A DNA stretch of 62,978 nucleotides, the filler included, from Octopus bimaculoides (Eukaryota), in NCBI RefSeq assembly GCF_001194135.2. It is 10 parts of 8 records of this genome, joined end to end, with 100 filler letters (N's around TTAATTAATTAA, not from the genome) between each part and the next. Parts side by side here need not be neighbours in the genome. Positions count along the whole stretch, not along the records: positions 24,754 to 29,592 come from NC_068983.1; positions 29,693 to 37,715 come from NC_068985.1; 8 more parts are not named here. One strand, written 5' to 3'. The notes beneath the pieces are model-generated. The model did not search any database, had not been told where the DNA came from, and saw nothing but the letters and a program-made list of their open reading frames with translations. This document shows positions 24,754 to 34,437 of this stretch, one piece after another. Numbering within the stretch: position 1 is the first letter of the stretch; each line of letters starts with the position of its first letter. A program made the translations under genes and the position numbers.

Positions 24754-25046
24754 TAGGGTTTTCGAGCGAGATCGTTGCCAGTGCCCCTGGACTGGCTCTT
24801 GTGCGGGTGGCACATAAAAGACACCATTTCGAGCGTGGTCGTTTTCGTGCGGGTGACACGTAAAAGCACCCACTACACTCTCTGAGTGGTTGGCGTTAGG
24901 AAGGGCATCCAGCTGTAGAAACTCTGCCAAATTAGATTAGATTGGAGCCTGGTGTAGCCATCCGGTTGCACCAGTCCTCAGTCAAATCGTCCAACCCATG
25001 CTAGCATGGAAAGCGGACGTTAAACGATGATGATGATGATGATGAT
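24754..25046 (+). mobile_element. SINE-like family D, inverted relative to the 24103 copy
   Basis: GGCGTTAGGAAGGGCATCCAGCTGTAGAAA...GGAAAGCGGACGTTAAACGATGATGATG. Confidence 0.8.
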
Positions 25047-25460
25047 ATATATATATATATATATATACACACAAACACATGTACACACACACACACGTAT
25101 ATATGTATGTATATGCTCCTACCCTAAATATTGTGAAACGTACTATTTTCTTTTCTGTTTCTGATTGCAAGGAACATGCAAATATAAAAGTATATATGTA
25201 GTAATGTATATGAATATAAATGTGAGTTTGTATATGCATGTTTGTCTGTGTATATGTGTGTTTGCATGCATTAATTTCATATATCCTTGTAGTATTACAG
25301 TTTGGGGTTATTTAATTACCTAATCGTAAATACAGTTCATGACCAATCAATTACTAAAAATTTGTTTAGCAGGTATGTAACAAACATTTTTGGTAATAAT
25401 AATTGTAACAAGTAAAAATGACACTCAGTGTTAGAATGCTTTTATAGATATATGTATATA

Positions 25461-25685
25461 CAGTAATTCCTCACCATATTACAGTTCACCTATCGCAATT
25501 TATTATTTAAGCTTATGTCGATTCCTCTGTGGTGATGTTTTGAATTTATAATAAAATAAATATATATACAATTTATAAAAATAATTAAAAAAATATACAG
25601 TGCAGTACTGTTTCTACTTTGTGAATTTTCACCTATTACAGTGGGGTTTTGGAACATAAGACCCGCGATAGTTGAAGGATTACTG
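25461..25685. mobile_element. pogo/Tigger-type MITE
   Basis: Imperfect TIRs CAGTAATTCCTCACCATATT and GCGATAGTTGAAGGATTACTG; TA on the left flank. Confidence 0.7.
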
Positions 25686-25714
25686 CAGATAGATAGGTAG
25701 ATAGATAGATATAT

Positions 25715-25780
<66 letters not shown>

Positions 25781-25892
25781 GGATGGATAGATAGATAGAC
25801 AGATAGGTAAATAGACAGACAGACAGATAGACAGATAGATAGATAGATAATAGACAGACAGACAGACAGACAGACAGATAGATAGATATGTA

Positions 25893-26120
25893 GGTGTTTT
25901 TGTGTCTATGTTTGTTCCCTACCATCACTTGACAACAAGTGTTGATGTGTTTACTCCCCCCCACCACTGGACTTAGTAGTTCAACCAAAAAGACCAATAG
26001 AATAGGTATCAGGCTTCAAAAAAAAAAAGCACTAGGGTAGATACATTCAACTAAAAGTTCTTTAAGGTGGTGCTCCACCATGGCTGAATTTCAATGACTG
26101 AAACAAGTAAAAGATAAAAA
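25893..26120 (+). mobile_element. SINE family B 3' half, after a (GATA/GACA)n tract
   Basis: CACTTGACAAC...GGTGGTGCTCCACCATGGCTG...AATGACTGAAACAAGTAAAAGA. Confidence 0.75.
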
Positions 26121-26789
26121 TATCCATTCTGTATGCCATGTTCTAAGGATTCTTTCTCGCAACAAATGCAACAAAACAAAATATAGGAAAAGGTGTGTAA
26201 GAAGGAAAGGGTGAAAGGAAAAGGACAATAAACAAGAGAAGAATCACATATTCTTCTGAGGGTCTTTTGTTCTGTTGTAGCCAAAACTGAGATTTTCAAT
26301 GAAGTTTGGATTATTATTAGATAAATAATAAAAGACAAAGAGAAACTAGTTTATATAAAGAAAAACATATTTATTTTTAGTGATGTTTTCAATATTGTTA
26401 TTTGCATTTATGCATAGTAATACTGGTGGTGGTGATAGTGGCAGTATCAGTGATGGTGGCGGTGGTGGCGGTGGTGGAAGTGGCAGCGATGGCAGCAGCA
26501 GCAGCAATAGCAGTAGTAGTAGTAGTAGTTGTTATTTTGATTTTTACTGTTTTTGTTGTTCCTGTCACCATAGGACAACTGCTTCATAATCATTATCATT
26601 ATCATCATAGCCTAACTACATCTGCCTTCATATTATCCTCATCCTCATATTCATAATCATCATATTCATCTTCAGCATCATCATCATCATCACTATTATC
26701 ATTATTTGAAATCATCAGTATATCAGATAAGGTGCTTCTTTGTACAAAGTGCTAATATTTTAGATTCTGAGGTTAAATCTTGCTAAGGT

Positions 26790-26920
26790 CCATATGGTTC
26801 CGAGTTCAGTCCCACTGCATGGCACTTTGGGCAAGTGTCTTCTACAAGAGCCAACCAAATCTTTGTTTGGATTTGGTAGATGGAAACTGAAAGAAGCCCA
26901 TTGTGCATATATATGTGCTA
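26790..26920 (+). mobile_element. SINE family B 5' part
   Basis: GGTTCCGAGTTCAGTCCCACTGCATGGCACTTTGGGCAAGTGTCTTCTAC...GGATTTGGTAGATGGAAACTGAAAGAAGCCC. Confidence 0.8.
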
Positions 26921-26927
26921 CAGATCA

Positions 26928-27069
26928 TGATGGGAGGGATAACTTCCCTTGGCAAACAGGACACAGTAGTGTGTCGATAAGCCAGCTGGAGGAGATGTCC
27001 TCCTGGGGCTAAAAGCAACAGTAACATCCACCCCTAGGGGTCAGCCACACTTAAGTGGCAATATACTAC
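26928..27069 (+). mobile_element. Family E fragment lacking the HHR part
   Basis: GGACACAGTAGTGTGTCGATAAGCCAGCTGG...CCTGGGGCTAAAA matches 31594-31650. Confidence 0.65.
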
Positions 27070-27607
27070 ACTTTATCGTGCAGTTACTGTTAATACTTCA
27101 TTTAGAGAATTAACATTGCTTGTTTTCACCTTTTNNNNNNNNNNNNNNNNNNNNNNNNNNNNNNNNNNNNNNNNNNNNNNNNNNNNNNNNNNNNNNNNNN
27201 NNNNNNNNNNNNNNNNNNNNNNNNNNNNNNNNNNNNNNNNNNNNNNNNNNNNNNNNNNNNNNNNNNNNNNNNNNNNNNNNNNNNNNNNNNNNNNNNNNNN
27301 NNNNNNNNNNNNNNNNNNNNNNNNNNNNNNNNNNNNNNNNNNNNNNNNNNNNNNNNNNNNNNNNNNNNNNNNNNNNNNNNNNNNNNNNNNNNNNNNNNNN
27401 NNNNNNNNNNNNNNNNNNNNNNNNNNNNNNNNNNNNNNNNNNNNNNNNNNNNNNNNNNNNNNNNNNNNNNNNNNNNNNNNNNNNNNNNNNNNNNNNNNNN
27501 NNNNNNNNNNNNNNNNNNNNNNNNNNNNNNNNNNNNNNNNNNNNNNNNNNNNNNNNNNNNNNNNNNNNNNNNNNNNNNNNNNNNNNNNNNNNNNNNNNNN
27601 NNNNNNN

Positions 27608-27656
<49 letters not shown>

Positions 27657-27789
27657 TTGTGTGTGTATGTTTGTGTATTTGTGTCTGTGTTTGTCCCCAC
27701 CACCATTGCTTGACAATAGATGTTTGTGTGTTTACATCCCCCATAACTTCAGGATTTGTGCTTATTACTAATTATTGTTGTGGACTGCC

Positions 27790-28288
27790 AGTATTGCTAG
27801 GGTATCAGGAAAAAAGTACTTTGAGGTATTTGTTCTGTCACTTTACATTCTGAGTTCAAATCCTGCGAAGGACCACTTTGCCTTTCATCCTTTTGAGGAG
27901 GCGGGGGTCAATAAAATATCACTACCACCACCAATACCACTACTACTACTATTACTGCTATGCATAAATGCAAATAACAATACTAAAAACATCAATAAAA
28001 ATAAAATAAAATAAAATACCAGCCAAGTATTGGGGTTGTTGTCATTGACAAACACCTCCTCTGAAAAACTGATGATTTCTGTGCCTTAATCAGAAAATAT
28101 ATTTACTTCTTCTTCTTCTTCTTCTCATCACCACCATCCCCACCACCACCACCACCATCATCATCGTCATCATCATCATCATCATAATTTATTATCATTA
28201 TTATTAAGGTGGTAAGCTGGCAGAACCATTAGCAGGCCAAGTGATATACTTAGCAGCATTTTGTCCATCTTCACACTCTGAGTTCAGG
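27790..28288 (+). mobile_element. Two degenerate SINE family A fragments (27790-27917 and 28205-28288) separated by microsatellites
   Basis: CTGAGTTCAAATCC...GCCTTTCATCCTTT in the first; GGTAAGCTGGCAGAACCATTAGCA in the second. Confidence 0.6.
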
Positions 28289-29130
28289 ATTAATATTATT
28301 ATTATTNNNNNNNNNNNNNNNNNNNNNNNNNNNNNNNNNNNNNNNNNNNNNNNNNNNNNNNNNNNNNNNNNNNNNNNNNNNNNNNNNNNNNNNNNNNNNN
28401 NNNNNNATATATATATATACACACACACACACACTTTCTTTTACTTTACAAACAGAAAGAACTCAGTACATGCTATAGTGTATATTTAGAGATTGAAAAC
28501 TGTTGATTCACTTCATCCCTGCTCAAGATTCGTTTGACAAAATAGGTTTTGTAGTTTAGCAATGGAGTGAGTCATAAGTATCAAACAAAGAAAAACAGAT
28601 AAATATATGCATGTGTGTGATATTGAAGATAAATGTATAATAGCCTGTAAGGATGTATGTAACATTTATAGTTATAACACATGTATGTATAAATAATTTT
28701 ATCCACTAACAATGAAGTAGAAAAGCATCAAATGCCAACACACCTTTTTATTTACTATAATCAGTACTTAAGGATAGATCTCTTTCTCAGATTAAGAACA
28801 CCTTTTCACACAAACTATAGAAATTTAGCTGTCTTTGAGCAGAACTCACATATAAATCTGACCTCTCACATCTGAGTTCCCAAACAATAATATAAGACCA
28901 TTCTTTAATTTCCATTCATCAAAATAACAGACTTAAAAACAAATATAATCTACCAAATTGAAGGAAGCAAATGGTACTTACTCGACTAGAATAAGGCTTT
29001 TTGCCAGCCTTCTTTTCCCTCTCCACCCCATCATAAAAATATTCTAATGGAATTAAAAATTATTTTTATGATTTGTGTACATTTAAACTAATTAAATATT
29101 ATTTTACAGAATAATCGAATAAAAATTTCC

Positions 29131-29592
29131 ATGATTAAAACCCTTTCTAACATGGCAGTATGCAAAGAGCATTTAAGGCACATAATGCTTTATGAATACA
29201 AAAAAGGAAACTCTGCAGCCGAAGTGATTCAAAACATACACTCAGTTTATGGGAAAGAATGCTTAAATGAAAGAACTTGCAGAATATGGTTTGCAAAATT
29301 CAGAAGTGGAGATTTCAGCTTTGAAGATGAAGATTGAACATGACGTCCAGTTGAGTTTGATGATAAGCTCCTTGAGGCATTACTTGAAGAAAATCCTGCA
29401 TTATCAGTTGAACAATCGGCAATAAAGCTTAGTTCAAACCATACAACTGTTCATTGTCATCTTCAACAACTTGGAAAGGTTCCTAAACTTGGAAAATGGG
29501 TGCCTCATGAATTGTCTGAAAGCAACTGCAAATCCTGAGTTGACATCTGCTCTTCTTTCCATTCTCGCGAATTCATTTCACCCTTTTTGGAT
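29131..29592 (+). pseudogene. Mariner transposase 5' half (HTH domains to WVPHEL), with in-frame stops, cut by a gap
   Basis: KEHLRHIMLYEYKKGNSAAE...CRIWFAKFRSGDFSFEDED*T*RPVEFDD...HLQQLGKVPKLGKWVPHELS; WVPHEL is the mariner signature. Confidence 0.92.
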
Positions 29593-29934
29593 NNNNNNNN
29601 NNNNNNNNNNNNNNNNNNNNNNNNNNNNNNNNNNNNTTAATTAATTAANNNNNNNNNNNNNNNNNNNNNNNNNNNNNNNNNNNNNNNNNNNNATATATAT
29701 ATATATAAATATTAATATTTCTAAATCTCTCTAAAGGAGACTATAGCAGCAGTACTGGATATTAATAGTTATCGCCAAGCTAAAATGGCAGTCCAGGAAA
29801 TAGGATGAATGCTGCCATTGATTAGCTCCAAGAGGCCATCACCTCTAGCTAGCTATGTGACACACAAACCTGTGTCCATTACAACCTTTGAACCAGCAAG
29901 AGGAGGCCAGCAGCTTCCTCTTGCTGGTTCAACA

Positions 29935-29977
29935 TCCACAGACTAGGTTCGGGGTATTTTCCCCTTTTCAATGTGGA
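29935..29977 (-). ncRNA. Type I hammerhead ribozyme, U3-A8 core variant (A15.1 changed to C in this copy)
   Basis: UCCACA-UUGAAAA-GGGG-AAAAUA-CCCC-GAAC-CUAG-UC-UGUGGA: 6-bp helix I and 4-bp GC helix II. Confidence 0.8.
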
Positions 29978-30484
29978 GTAGCCGAACCAAGCAGGCGTCA
30001 CTGCTGACCGTCTGTTCGAAGGTTTATTTACCTAAATTCAGTGGAATACATGCACTGGTTTTCAAAAATAGAAGTATTAATATTTCTAAATCTCCCTAAA
30101 GGAGACTACGGCAGCAGTACTGGATATTAATAGTTATCGCCAAGCTAACATGGCAGTCCAAGATGAATGCTGCCATTGATTAGCTCCAAGAGGCTATCGC
30201 CTCTAGCTAACTATGTAACACACAAACCTGTGTCCATTACAACCTTCAAACAGGGGAGGTCAGCAGCTGGTTCAACATCCACAGACTAGTTTCAGGGTAT
30301 TTTCCTGAACTGCTATGTTAGCTTGGTGATAACTATTAATATCCAGTACTGCTGTCATAGTCTGCTTTAGAGAGATTTAGAAATATTAATACTTCTATTT
30401 TTGAAAACTAGTGGATGTATTCCACTGAATATAGGTAAATAAACCTTCGGACAGTCAGCAGTGACGCCTGCTGGGTTCGGCTGC

Positions 30485-30527
30485 TCCACATTGAAATGGG
30501 GAAAATACCTCGAAACTAGTCTGTGGA
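30485..30527 (+). ncRNA. Type I hammerhead ribozyme, U3-A8 core variant (A9 changed to U in this copy)
   Basis: UCCACA-UUGAAAU-GGGG-AAAAUA-CCUC-GAAA-CUAG-UC-UGUGGA. Helix I extends via GGUUCGGC (30474-81) pairing with GUUGAACC (30529-36). Helix III is the palindrome ACUAGU. Confidence 0.8.
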
Positions 30528-30987
30528 TGTTGAACCAGCAAGGGGAAGCTGCTGACCTCCCCTGTTCAAAGAGACTGTAATGGACACAGGTTTGTGTGTC
30601 ACATAGCTAACTATAGGCGATGGCCTCTTGGAGCTAATTAACGGCAGCATTCACTCTATTTTCCTGGACTGCCATGTTAGCTTGGCGATATANNNNNNNN
30701 NNNNNNNNNNNNNNNNNNNNNNNNNNNNNNNNNNNNNNNNNNNNNNNNNNNNNNNNNNNNNNNNNNNNNNNNNNNNNNNNNNNNNNNNNNNNNNNNNNNN
30801 NNNNNNNNNNNNNNNNNNNNNNNNNNNNNNNNNNNNNNNNNNNNNNNNNNNNNNNNNNNNNNNNNNNNNNNNNNNNNNNNNNNNNNNNNNNNNNNNNNNN
30901 NNNNNNNNNNNNNNNNNNNNNNNNNNNNNNNNNNNNNNNNNNNNNNNNNNNNNNNNNNNNNNNNNNNNNNNNNNNNNNNNNNNNNNN

Positions 30988-31022
<35 letters not shown>

Positions 31023-31480
31023 CACAGATACAATGCTAAGCTTGGTTAATTTACTAAATTGATAAGAGTAATTAAAATTATCAGTTAATAGGAAGATAAA
31101 GGGGGAATATATTAAGATTTAAGTGATGCTATGATATTAAGGGAAAACAGAAAATAGAAAAAATTGTACTTAAATGAGCTTCCATAGATGGATACAGATA
31201 GAAGAAGGGAGAAATAGTAGACACAGAGGAATGTAAGTAAACATAATAAAAATACTTGATAAATTATGAAGCAATGTTTAGAATAAGTAAAGATAAACTA
31301 GAAGATAATTAATGAATGAGACTATTATTATATGTACCATGATACAAATAATGATAGTTATTATTCTGTAACTGTATTTCCCTCACTCAGAGATTTAAAA
31401 CATGTTTTTCTTGATGCAAGATCAGTGACTGTGTGTCGCTTAAAGAATATATAGTATTTGCTAGTGGAGATAGCTTTTGT

Positions 31481-31682
31481 CACTAGCTGGTGGCTGTCTC
31501 ACACTGAGGATGGATAACATTCAGAAACCTAGGTCTGTGAGTATCACGTAAGGCTAGAAATGGGAGCGATGATCTCCCTTACAAATGGTATATATGGACA
31601 CAAACTGTGTGTCGATAGCCAGTTGGAAAAGATATTTTCCTGGGGCTAAAACAATCGTCCTTCATAGGACTGCCACGTTACA
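31481..31682 (+). mobile_element. HHR-bearing dispersed repeat (family E), a diverged relative of the 365-bp unit
   Basis: Same order and similar spacing of HHR, GGGAG/CTCCC stem, ATGGACACA..TGTGTGTC hairpin, GGRGCTAA and GGACTGCCAYGTTA as in 30485-30679. Confidence 0.8.
31498..31541 (+). ncRNA. Type I hammerhead ribozyme with intact core
   Basis: CUCACA-CUGAGGA-UGGAU-AAC-AUUCA-GAAA-CCUAGG-UC-UGUGAG: 6-bp helix I, 5-bp helix II, palindromic helix III ACCUAGGU, GUC site at 31533-31535. Confidence 0.88.
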
Positions 31683-31913
31683 TTCACTAATGTTACTATA
31701 TTTCTCACGGCGGTGCATCAGCATGGCCGCAGCTCTAAGCTGAAACTATAAANNNNNNNNNNNNNNNNNNNNNNNNNNNNNNNNNNNNNNNNNNNNNNNN
31801 NNNNNNNNNNNNNNNNNNNNNNNNNNNNNNNNNNNNNNNNNNNNNNNNNNNNAATTCATTAGTACACAACTTACAAAAATTATTACCTATACGATAAGAT
31901 TTCGCCTTACAAA

Positions 31914-33641
31914 CTATCTCTGAATGTAAATGTACTTAATATTTTTAGATTTTAGTTCCCAAATATATTTACTAAGGCCAGTAGAATTAATCAAATTTCT
32001 ATTCTTAAAGGAATGCATGTGTTGAGCGACACGTAATTTAATTTTATTCGAAGTCAATCCTATGTAAAGCTTATTTAAATTATAACCATTAAATTTATTC
32101 CCGTCCATTAAAGTCACTATACATTTATACACGACATCCTTCAAATTACATTTATTATTAAATTTACATTTAGTCTTATCTCTACATGTACAATTAATTA
32201 TATCCTGATCCTTATTATTGTTATTAGAATAAGTATTTAATTTATATTTGTAATACCTATTTAACTTAAATCTATTAAAAGAAGAAATGATGTTACCAAC
32301 ATTATTAGTAGTAGAATAACCTACACCCAAATTATTACTAGAAAAGATATAATATTTTTTATCATCTCTAAGGAATATATCAATTACATTCAAAATCTCT
32401 TTAATAATGTTAGTTTTAACTTGAACGCCGTAAGGAATGATTAGCCAAAGTTTGTTCTTATTATAGATATTATTATATTTATTATTTATATTATTAAATT
32501 TATTATTATCATTAAATGAATAAAATTTAATCTTATTAGTTTGTCCATTACAATTATGTTTATGTTTATGTGTTTTATTATCATTATACCTATTATTCTT
32601 ATCATAATTACCTAAATAGACCTTATAATTCTCAATGTTATGTTTATTAAATGGATCATTAATATTATAATCATTAATATTATAATTATATTTCGGATTA
32701 TTAAAGAATTGAATATCATTAGCATATCCTGCCTCGCGGAGGGCTCTATTGTAATAAGGTGCATGTTTTTCGAAGATTTCTAAATTGGATGAAAGTAATG
32801 ATATTCTCTTAACTATAGTATATGTTAACGATTTCTTAATTGAGGGTGGGTGATTACTTTTATCATAAATATATTTAATATTTTCATTAATCTTATGGTA
32901 AGGTTGGGTTTTACCTGTTGATAAGTTAAAATTAGCATCTAAATAATTTATATTATAGTTCTCATTATATATAGTAATCTTTAATCCATTTCTTTTTTTA
33001 AAAAAACTATATAGTTTCTTATATAATTCTAGTGTTCTATTGGTGCAATTCTTAGTTAGTAATAAGAGGTCATCCCTATATAAACCACCCTCCAATTTTA
33101 AGTTTTCAAGTTGAAGTTCTGATAATAAATATATACCTACTAAATTAGATACCTGTGCTGAATCGGGTGCCCCCTGTGGTATATCAAAATGGTCCCTAGT
33201 ATCTTTCCTAGCCGACAATTTATTATTATATTTAATCAACGATTTCCTAGCCATTTTAACTACATTAACTTCATCATAAATCATACCTACCTTCTTCATT
33301 GCATAAATTAGGGCCTTATTAAGTACAATCTCATTAATAGAAGAATAATAATTATCAATATCTATTTGAATAAATTTATATCTATTTTTATCTTTAATAT
33401 TATTAAACCATTTTAAAGTATCTATAGTACTATTCCATAATTTAAGGTAATTAATATCATTTAATCTATTGATATATTTACCTAAAATGATCTTACTTAA
33501 GTTACCTAGATCTGGCTTACAAGGACAAATATGCCTAACTTTAGGGTCAGCATAAAAATTATCCTTATGGTCTTTCAAAGTAATCCTAGGGTGCATAGGT
33601 ACATAAAGTTCAGTCTTATTAGCTAACTCATATTTCATCAT
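31914..33641 (-). CDS. PLE reverse transcriptase / GIY-YIG endonuclease, 575-aa open stretch of a disrupted ORF
   Basis: RT motifs IQIDIDNYYSSI, PQGAPDS and GLYRDDLL; Cys linker CTCRDKTKC...C; VVYKC...LYIGLTS...RVAQH...NSTGLSKYIWELK. Confidence 0.9.
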   Translation of the reverse strand: MMKYELANKTELYVPMHPRITLKDHKDNFYADPKVRHICPCKPDLGNLSKIILGKYINRLNDINYLKLWNSTIDTLKWFNNIKDKNRYKFIQIDIDNYYSSINEIVLNKALIYAMKKVGMIYDEVNVVKMARKSLIKYNNKLSARKDTRDHFDIPQGAPDSAQVSNLVGIYLLSELQLENLKLEGGLYRDDLLLLTKNCTNRTLELYKKLYSFFKKRNGLKITIYNENYNINYLDANFNLSTGKTQPYHKINENIKYIYDKSNHPPSIKKSLTYTIVKRISLLSSNLEIFEKHAPYYNRALREAGYANDIQFFNNPKYNYNINDYNINDPFNKHNIENYKVYLGNYDKNNRYNDNKTHKHKHNCNGQTNKIKFYSFNDNNKFNNINNKYNNIYNKNKLWLIIPYGVQVKTNIIKEILNVIDIFLRDDKKYYIFSSNNLGVGYSTTNNVGNIISSFNRFKLNRYYKYKLNTYSNNNNKDQDIINCTCRDKTKCKFNNKCNLKDVVYKCIVTLMDGNKFNGYNLNKLYIGLTSNKIKLRVAQHMHSFKNRNLINSTGLSKYIWELKSKNIKYIYIQR

Positions 33642-34155
33642 TATTAATTTAGAGGCCTTATTTATAGAATATAGAGTATTTTCCAGAACAATTTATGAAA
33701 TTTAATATTCTTCACCACCTTCCAAATATTATCCTCTAAAATCTGTAAATTCCTATTATACGGGGGTTCTTTTCTAGATTTAAATTCTGAATTAATATAA
33801 TTGGAATTATCTACATCGTTATTATTAGAAATATTATAATTATTATAGTAGACTTTCCATTTAATTCTAGTAATAAAATCCTTAATATTATTAATAAGTT
33901 TCAAAATATATTCATTTCTAGACGGAATGGGGATATCATTCAAAGATGAATTCCAAAACAGCGGCTCTATCCTACCTGTAAATTCTATAACTAACGAAAA
34001 CTGAAAGTTATAAATTGAAATAAAATAATTATGATGATAATATTAGGGATATTATTATTATTATTATTGTATTTTAACCCGAAGATTAGCTATATTTTTG
34101 AATAGAATTGATTTTCGATCGATTTATTTTAATCGATTTTATTTTATTTGATTTT

Positions 34156-34191
34156 CTATTTGAAAATGTAGTTATGAAACACGTGTAGTCG
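34156..34191 (+). ncRNA. Degenerate minimal HHR (U3-A8 type), antisense to PLE1
   Basis: CUAU-UUGAAAA-U-GUAGUUAU-GAAA-CACGUG-UA-GUCG: palindromic helix III, weak helices I and II. Confidence 0.45.
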
Positions 34192-34437
34192 TTTTACTAT
34201 TTTAATAATTATTATTTTGTATTTTATTATAGTTCTTTTTAGTGTATTTACTTATTAAATTTTTCTATGTGTGACTATGGATTTTCATGGATGAGTTCAG
34301 GAATTGTGGTTCTTTTTTCTAAATTATATATCTATATATTATATACTGTGAAACTTAATTCAATTTTAATTTTGATAAATTAAATTAAATTGAGTTTTAC
34401 CTATAAATTTGGATTTTTATCCCTAATATTATTATTA

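Larger units (their letters stand above)
29710..30691. mobile_element. ~365-bp tandem array with one hammerhead ribozyme per unit (non-LTR retrozyme-like) and a strand switch at 30306/30307
   Basis: TATTAATATTTCTAAATCTC starts at 29710 and 30075. 30307-30691 is a reverse-complement copy of just over one unit. (TA)n lies at both outer ends, and HHR motifs are in each unit. Confidence 0.85.

Noticed and set aside
28069-28105. CTGATGA...GAAA hammerhead-like spacing (a similar case at 23990-24056)
   Set aside because: No helix I or II can be formed at 28069, which is a decayed SINE A tail. The 24010 case lacks both the core and the NUH site.
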